Positions 26,682 through 30,940 of a stretch of 30,940 nt of DNA are shown here, in pieces; position 1 is the first letter of the stretch; each line of letters starts with the position of its first letter. The position numbers were made by a program, and so were the translations under genes. The DNA comes from a virus. Taxonomy: Duplodnaviria; Caudoviricetes. The DNA lies in the IMG/VR virus record IMGVR_UViG_3300037586_003044, positions 1 to 30,940 of that record; one strand, written 5' to 3'. The notes below the pieces were generated by a model that ran no database searches, had not been told where the DNA came from, and saw only the letters and a list, made by a program, of their open reading frames with translations.

Positions 26682-26710
26682 TTGACAGGCTGGCAGCATC
26701 GCTATAGTTT
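26682..26710 (+). promoter_or_regulatory. Sigma70-like rightward promoter TTGACA-N17-TAGTTT
   Basis: Perfect -35 at 26682-26687. -10 TAGTTT at 26705-26710 (TATAGT also present at 15-bp spacing). Upstream of the helicase. Confidence 0.7.
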
Positions 26711-26733
26711 CAGAGGGACCGCAAGGGGGTTCG

Positions 26734-28623
26734 ATGATCTGGCGACAGCCACACTATGTCTACCGCGTTCCCGCGAGCGCCGTCAGCATCGACTTGGATA
26801 CCGTAGAGCACACTGTCCCGGGTGCCCTGGTCTACGCCTACTGGAACCAACGACGCTATCGACTGCGCCAGATGTCTCCCGACGAGAGAGTCGCTGTCTC
26901 CGAGTACGAAATCCTGGCACCCCTGCACGGAGCGTGGCTCGTCGAGTCGACGCTCGCTCACCACCAGCTGCCCTACACTGCCATCGGCAAGGACGTAGAG
27001 GGTATCTCGTTCTGGAGTAACGTCGCAGAGGACCGAGCTGCGCTCGAGCAAGATGGACGCAACCGTGTCAACGACCTGATCTCCCGGGGAATCATCCGAC
27101 CCCATGTCGCGGACATTCTCACGCCCTACCAGGCGATGTCCGTGAGCTGGGCGGTGAGTCGTCCCTGGGTGTTCAACGTGTGGCCGTGCGGATCGGGCAA
27201 GACTCTTGGCGCCATCGTCGCCTCTTTCACGCGCACTGGCCCGACCCTCGTGCTCAGTCCAGCTAAGGCACGGCATGTCTGGTGGTCCCAGGTGCAGGAA
27301 TATAGCACGATCACGCCGTTCCGTGTACGTCCGCAGGGAGAAAGAAAAGAAGATGACGAGACTCTCGACAGCTACCTGCGCCGCATGGGCTCGTTGGCCT
27401 TTGTCGTGGTGGGTGGAGAAGCTGTCGGTTTGTACATCGATGAGATCAAGCGAGTGGCGCCAACGGTTCTCATTCTCGATGAACTCCACACGCACGGGAG
27501 TCGCAAGCGGTGGCAGGCCATCCACAAGGAAGATGGCACCGTGGACTTCGAGAAGAAGCGGACGAGCAAGAACAACGTGACCCGTGCTGCCCATGTCATG
27601 GAGGTTGCGAACATGGACGGCATCAACCTGCGCGTCGGCCTGACAGCCACGCCCCTGGACGACGGCAGGCCGCGCAGACTGTGGAGTCAGCTGGACCTGC
27701 TCACCCCGGGTGGCTTCAGCCACAGCTTCAGCAAGTTCGCGTTCCGTCACTGTGATGCCGCGCCAGGACAGTATGGGGGCTTCGACGACCGGGGCAGCAG
27801 CAACCTCGACGAGCTCCGGTCACGGTGCAGCTTCTTCACGCACGAGGTTCCCTATAGCGAGAGTCACGCCGCGCTCCCTGATACCCGGGTGCAGGTCGTC
27901 TACTTGGACCGCTCAGAACTGAACGGGGCAGGTCGGTTCAGCGACGAGCAGACATTCAAGCAGGCGTTCAAGTCTCTGTCGAAGGAGACCAAGTTCAACT
28001 ATGTCGCTCGAGAGCGTATGATCGAAGCGAGGCTCGCAGAAGCCTGCAGTCGAAAGCGGGGGTTCGTCATCGACGAGGTGAAGCAAGGCGTGCGTGGTGG
28101 TGGCAAGGTGGCAGTGTTCACAGCAAGGCGTAACGAGGCCGAGGTGTGGGCGCACAAGATCAAGAAGTCTCTCACCGAAGGCGACGAGAAGCTCGCGGAC
28201 ATCACGGTGTGGACAGCTCACGGAGGTGTCTCCGAGACCGAGCGAGATCGCATCACCGATGCGTACCGAGACCACTCTGGTCCTTGCGTGCTCGTGGCGA
28301 CAGGGCAGAGCGTAGGCACAGGTGTTGATGGACTTCAGACCACAGACGTTGCCATCTTCGCGATGCTGCCGTGGAAGCCCGGTGATTTTACGCAGTGGAA
28401 GGGTCGGTTCGACCGACTCGGAGGAAACCCGACGCTGTTGAAGGTCATCGTTGCGACCGGCACTTACGACGAGCGGGTGGTAGGGATTCTCGTGGAGAAG
28501 TTCGGACCCATCGAGCAGTTCCTCCAGGCAGATGAGTTGGAGGGCCTGGACACCAAGCTGCTCGGCATTGCTGACAAGGACGCCATGGTCAACAGCATTG
28601 TCAGCAGACTGGAGGCACTGTGA
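26734..28623 (+). CDS. Superfamily 2 (SNF2-like, DExH) helicase (629 aa)
   Basis: LTPYQ (Q motif), PCGSGKT (Walker A), ILDELH (Walker B), LTATP (III), GTGVDGLQ (V), QWKGRFDRLG (VI). Confidence 0.9.
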   Translation: MIWRQPHYVYRVPASAVSIDLDTVEHTVPGALVYAYWNQRRYRLRQMSPDERVAVSEYEILAPLHGAWLVESTLAHHQLPYTAIGKDVEGISFWSNVAEDRAALEQDGRNRVNDLISRGIIRPHVADILTPYQAMSVSWAVSRPWVFNVWPCGSGKTLGAIVASFTRTGPTLVLSPAKARHVWWSQVQEYSTITPFRVRPQGERKEDDETLDSYLRRMGSLAFVVVGGEAVGLYIDEIKRVAPTVLILDELHTHGSRKRWQAIHKEDGTVDFEKKRTSKNNVTRAAHVMEVANMDGINLRVGLTATPLDDGRPRRLWSQLDLLTPGGFSHSFSKFAFRHCDAAPGQYGGFDDRGSSNLDELRSRCSFFTHEVPYSESHAALPDTRVQVVYLDRSELNGAGRFSDEQTFKQAFKSLSKETKFNYVARERMIEARLAEACSRKRGFVIDEVKQGVRGGGKVAVFTARRNEAEVWAHKIKKSLTEGDEKLADITVWTAHGGVSETERDRITDAYRDHSGPCVLVATGQSVGTGVDGLQTTDVAIFAMLPWKPGDFTQWKGRFDRLGGNPTLLKVIVATGTYDERVVGILVEKFGPIEQFLQADELEGLDTKLLGIADKDAMVNSIVSRLEAL

Positions 28624-30296
28624 AGCCTGCGAAGAAGCCGAGCTACGATATACGTCAATGTCCGTTGACTGTTGTTCGCGATCTTTGTGAGCGGTTTCAT
28701 GGGTACAAGAGCGCAGGAAGTAACGCAACGTATTGTTTTGCCGTCTACGAAAATGACTGCGCAATAGCCGGCTATATCTGGTCGCCTCCGCCACCCGGTG
28801 CGGCACGCTCAGTGTGCCCTGAAGCGCCTCATGGTGTCTTGGCGTTGTCTCGTATGGTCGCTGTTCCCCGAGAAGAAAGACAGCTAAACCATATCAGTAA
28901 ACCTTTGCGTCGTCAGATGCGGACCTTGATTGATCGTGGTCGTTGGCCCGTGTTGATCACCTACCACGATGAGGGTCAAGGTCACACAGGCCACGTCTAT
29001 AAGTGTTCTGGCTGGAAGCCGACTACACGTAATCGTCGACCGGTGTACGAGACTGTCGAGGGTAAGCGCGCGTCTTCTTACAGTAACGGCAAACATGGTA
29101 AGCGCAAACTGAGCCGAGTCGGCTGGACCTATGTACAACGATGGGAGCATTGGTCATGTGCGCAAGGAACTGCGGCAGAGCACATCAAGCGCAGCGGTTG
29201 GGTGCGAGTACCCATACCCGGAAAGACATGGAAGTCGGGAAACCCTGCACACAGGTATGAGTTCAAGCCAAAACAACTAACGAGCGCACCGGTAGTTAGG
29301 AGATCTAGCATGACGGAAAAGCTAATCGACGCAGGGCGAAGCCTCCGTGGATGGAGTCGGGTCGGCAACTTCTTCAAGTGCCCGCAGCTGTACTCCTATG
29401 ACCAGCACCTGCACATCGACCTGATACCTGCGAGCGCACTCACGCGAGGTTCGATGGGTCATGTCATGCAGGCGCACCAGCATGCCATCTGGGGTGCGCG
29501 GCAAGGGAGCGTGCTGGTCGACGGGGTGAAGCACACGGACTCACGAGACTTTCTCGAGCCCGCTGAAGCGATGTCTGTCTGGTGCGACCAGTACGGTGGA
29601 GACGAGCACTTCGACAGGATGCTCGACACGTTCGACAACTACATCATGCAGTACCCCGACCCGCCTGGACGCATCGTTGCTGTCGAGACTTCGGTGACTG
29701 CCGTGATCGGTACGCGTGAAGGGCAGTGGGGTCTATGGGTGGTTCATCCTGACGTAGGCGATCTCGACCAGCCGGTCACATCCGTTCCAGGCATCGACGG
29801 AGTCGTCATCGAGATCACGCCGCTCAACATGCCGGGCCATGACAGGCACGACTGCCCGATCTACCTGACTCGACGCATGGACCTGGTGGTCGAAGACCGC
29901 ATGGGGCGCATCGCCATCTGGGACCACAAGCACCAAGCTAATGTTCAACCTAACCGAAGCGTAGATGCCTACGCCATCGACGGTGGATTCGCTGCATTCC
30001 GCATCATGGGCAGGCAGCTGTATGGTCGCAACTTCGGTGGGCTGCTGCTCAACCTGATTCAGACCCAACCCTCTTGGAAGGTCGCTCGTCGAAGCGTGCC
30101 ACCTACACCGCATCGGGACAGTCACTTCTGCGACATGCTCTGGCGCGCCGAGCACAGTCTCGCACAACTCGAGGCGAGCAATCTCGACCCGTGGATGTGG
30201 CCCAAGGCGATGAATGAAACGGCCTGCTATGGGCGCTACGGCGCCTGCTCGGCCATCAAGCTCTGTTTCTTCGGAGAGAGAGGAAAAGTCTGTTGA
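28620..30296 (+). CDS. In-frame fusion ORF: Mom-like GNAT DNA-modification domain (28620-29309) plus Cas4/AddB-like PD-(D/E)xK nuclease (558 aa)
   Basis: GTGA overlap with the helicase. Mom-like motifs RFHGY, LALSRM and LITYHDEGQGHTGHVYKCSGW. No stop before the nuclease part. Confidence 0.7.
   Translation: MKPAKKPSYDIRQCPLTVVRDLCERFHGYKSAGSNATYCFAVYENDCAIAGYIWSPPPPGAARSVCPEAPHGVLALSRMVAVPREERQLNHISKPLRRQMRTLIDRGRWPVLITYHDEGQGHTGHVYKCSGWKPTTRNRRPVYETVEGKRASSYSNGKHGKRKLSRVGWTYVQRWEHWSCAQGTAAEHIKRSGWVRVPIPGKTWKSGNPAHRYEFKPKQLTSAPVVRRSSMTEKLIDAGRSLRGWSRVGNFFKCPQLYSYDQHLHIDLIPASALTRGSMGHVMQAHQHAIWGARQGSVLVDGVKHTDSRDFLEPAEAMSVWCDQYGGDEHFDRMLDTFDNYIMQYPDPPGRIVAVETSVTAVIGTREGQWGLWVVHPDVGDLDQPVTSVPGIDGVVIEITPLNMPGHDRHDCPIYLTRRMDLVVEDRMGRIAIWDHKHQANVQPNRSVDAYAIDGGFAAFRIMGRQLYGRNFGGLLLNLIQTQPSWKVARRSVPPTPHRDSHFCDMLWRAEHSLAQLEASNLDPWMWPKAMNETACYGRYGACSAIKLCFFGERGKVC
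29310..30296 (+). CDS. Cas4/AddB-like PD-(D/E)xK exonuclease with a probable independent internal start (328 aa)
   Basis: AGGAG RBS before ATG 29310. WSRVGNFFKCP, RGSMGH, VE, RMDLVV, WDHK and C-terminal C-x6-C-x5-C give four Cys, consistent with an Fe-S staple. Confidence 0.75.
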   Translation: MTEKLIDAGRSLRGWSRVGNFFKCPQLYSYDQHLHIDLIPASALTRGSMGHVMQAHQHAIWGARQGSVLVDGVKHTDSRDFLEPAEAMSVWCDQYGGDEHFDRMLDTFDNYIMQYPDPPGRIVAVETSVTAVIGTREGQWGLWVVHPDVGDLDQPVTSVPGIDGVVIEITPLNMPGHDRHDCPIYLTRRMDLVVEDRMGRIAIWDHKHQANVQPNRSVDAYAIDGGFAAFRIMGRQLYGRNFGGLLLNLIQTQPSWKVARRSVPPTPHRDSHFCDMLWRAEHSLAQLEASNLDPWMWPKAMNETACYGRYGACSAIKLCFFGERGKVC

Positions 30297-30321
30297 CCCG
30301 CTGGGTCGCATCGGATAGTGT
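30293..30321 (+). promoter_or_regulatory. Sigma70-like promoter TTGACC-N17-TAGTGT
   Basis: Overlaps the nuclease stop. Its spacer resembles that of the promoter at 26682. Confidence 0.6.
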
Positions 30322-30347
30322 CTCTATAGTTTGACTGGAGAACCAAC

Positions 30348-30940
30348 ATGGAAAGCCCCGTAATGATCTGTGTGTACGGGAAGCCGAAGAGGGGTAAGAC
30401 CTCCGACGCTCTCGCTGCATTCCCGAATGCCCTGTTTATCGGCGTACCGAGTGCCATTAGCCTCGTTGCGCAGAATGAGCTCGGGTTCACACCCGCTCTT
30501 CACACGCATCCTCCGCAGACGCTTGACGCCCTGGTACAGGTGCTCAAGGAACTTCACGAGAGCGGAGCCGCCAAGAACTACGGTGCCATCGTCATTGACG
30601 ACGCCAGCCACATCTGTCGACAGAGCATGCTCTTCTGGCAGGCGAATGCACCTCGAGGACGGTCGGGTAAGCCTGACCGCTTCTACCAGTACCAGCAGCT
30701 CAACGTGCACCTGCTCACGCTCAGCTCCATGAGCCGGCACCTGGGCTGTCACCTCCTCATGACCTTTCACGAGAGAGCACCGGGACACAACGCCGATGGT
30801 GCATTCTGCCCCGGCGGTCCCGACGTACCCAGCCGCAACCAGGTAGAGATGTTGCCGTCGTGGTGCGATATGAGCCTCCGCACGCTGATCGACCCGACGT
30901 ACCCAGATCCGTGGTTCCAGGCGATCTATTCGTGCAACCC
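30348..30940 (+). CDS. P-loop AAA ATPase (Sak4/AAA_24-like recombination protein), truncated by the window end
   Basis: Not in the ORF track because it has no stop. GGAG RBS, MESPVMICVYGKPKRGKTS (Walker A), AIVIDD (Walker B), LLMTFHE. Follows a Cas4-like nuclease, a common phage arrangement. Confidence 0.8.
   Translation, partial: MESPVMICVYGKPKRGKTSDALAAFPNALFIGVPSAISLVAQNELGFTPALHTHPPQTLDALVQVLKELHESGAAKNYGAIVIDDASHICRQSMLFWQANAPRGRSGKPDRFYQYQQLNVHLLTLSSMSRHLGCHLLMTFHERAPGHNADGAFCPGGPDVPSRNQVEMLPSWCDMSLRTLIDPTYPDPWFQAIYSCN

Noticed and set aside
26710-28806. Long antisense ORFs (26710-27750, 27913-28806; likewise 2029-2988, 15538-16572)
   Set aside because: Shadow ORFs opposite well-supported genes in GC-rich DNA, with no recognisable motifs.
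29310-30296. Cas4-like gene as part of a CRISPR-Cas system
   Set aside because: No repeat-spacer array or other cas genes. The helicase/AAA context indicates a phage recombination nuclease.

Overview
This window is part of a GC-rich tailed dsDNA bacteriophage (or prophage) with podovirus-like organisation. Bases 36-25551 on the + strand form one tightly packed late region. It encodes a head-tail adaptor, a beta-propeller nozzle/stabilisation protein, tail-associated proteins and four putative ejection proteins (219, 1044, 423 and 3346 aa). Small structural proteins, a holin and several small membrane/exported proteins follow. A two-gene minus-strand unit comes next (XRE HTH regulator, then a PG-binding/YkuD-like cell-wall enzyme), driven from back-to-back sigma70-like promoters. 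A + strand DNA-metabolism module closes the window: SF2 helicase, a Mom-like GNAT read in frame into a Cas4/AddB-like nuclease, and a truncated AAA ATPase. Highlights are the Mom-nuclease in-frame fusion, an annexin-like repeat in an ejection protein, and the modular 3346-aa protein (intact and dead zincins, GYF_2-like domain, EEIQSDWHQ domain). Also notable are an HMG-box-like motif, a lysin co-transcribed with the regulator, and two repeated promoter motifs. All domain calls are by-eye motif recognition with no database searches. GC values are hand counts of single 60-bp lines. I saw no tRNA, rRNA, CRISPR array, integrase, terminase or capsid gene.
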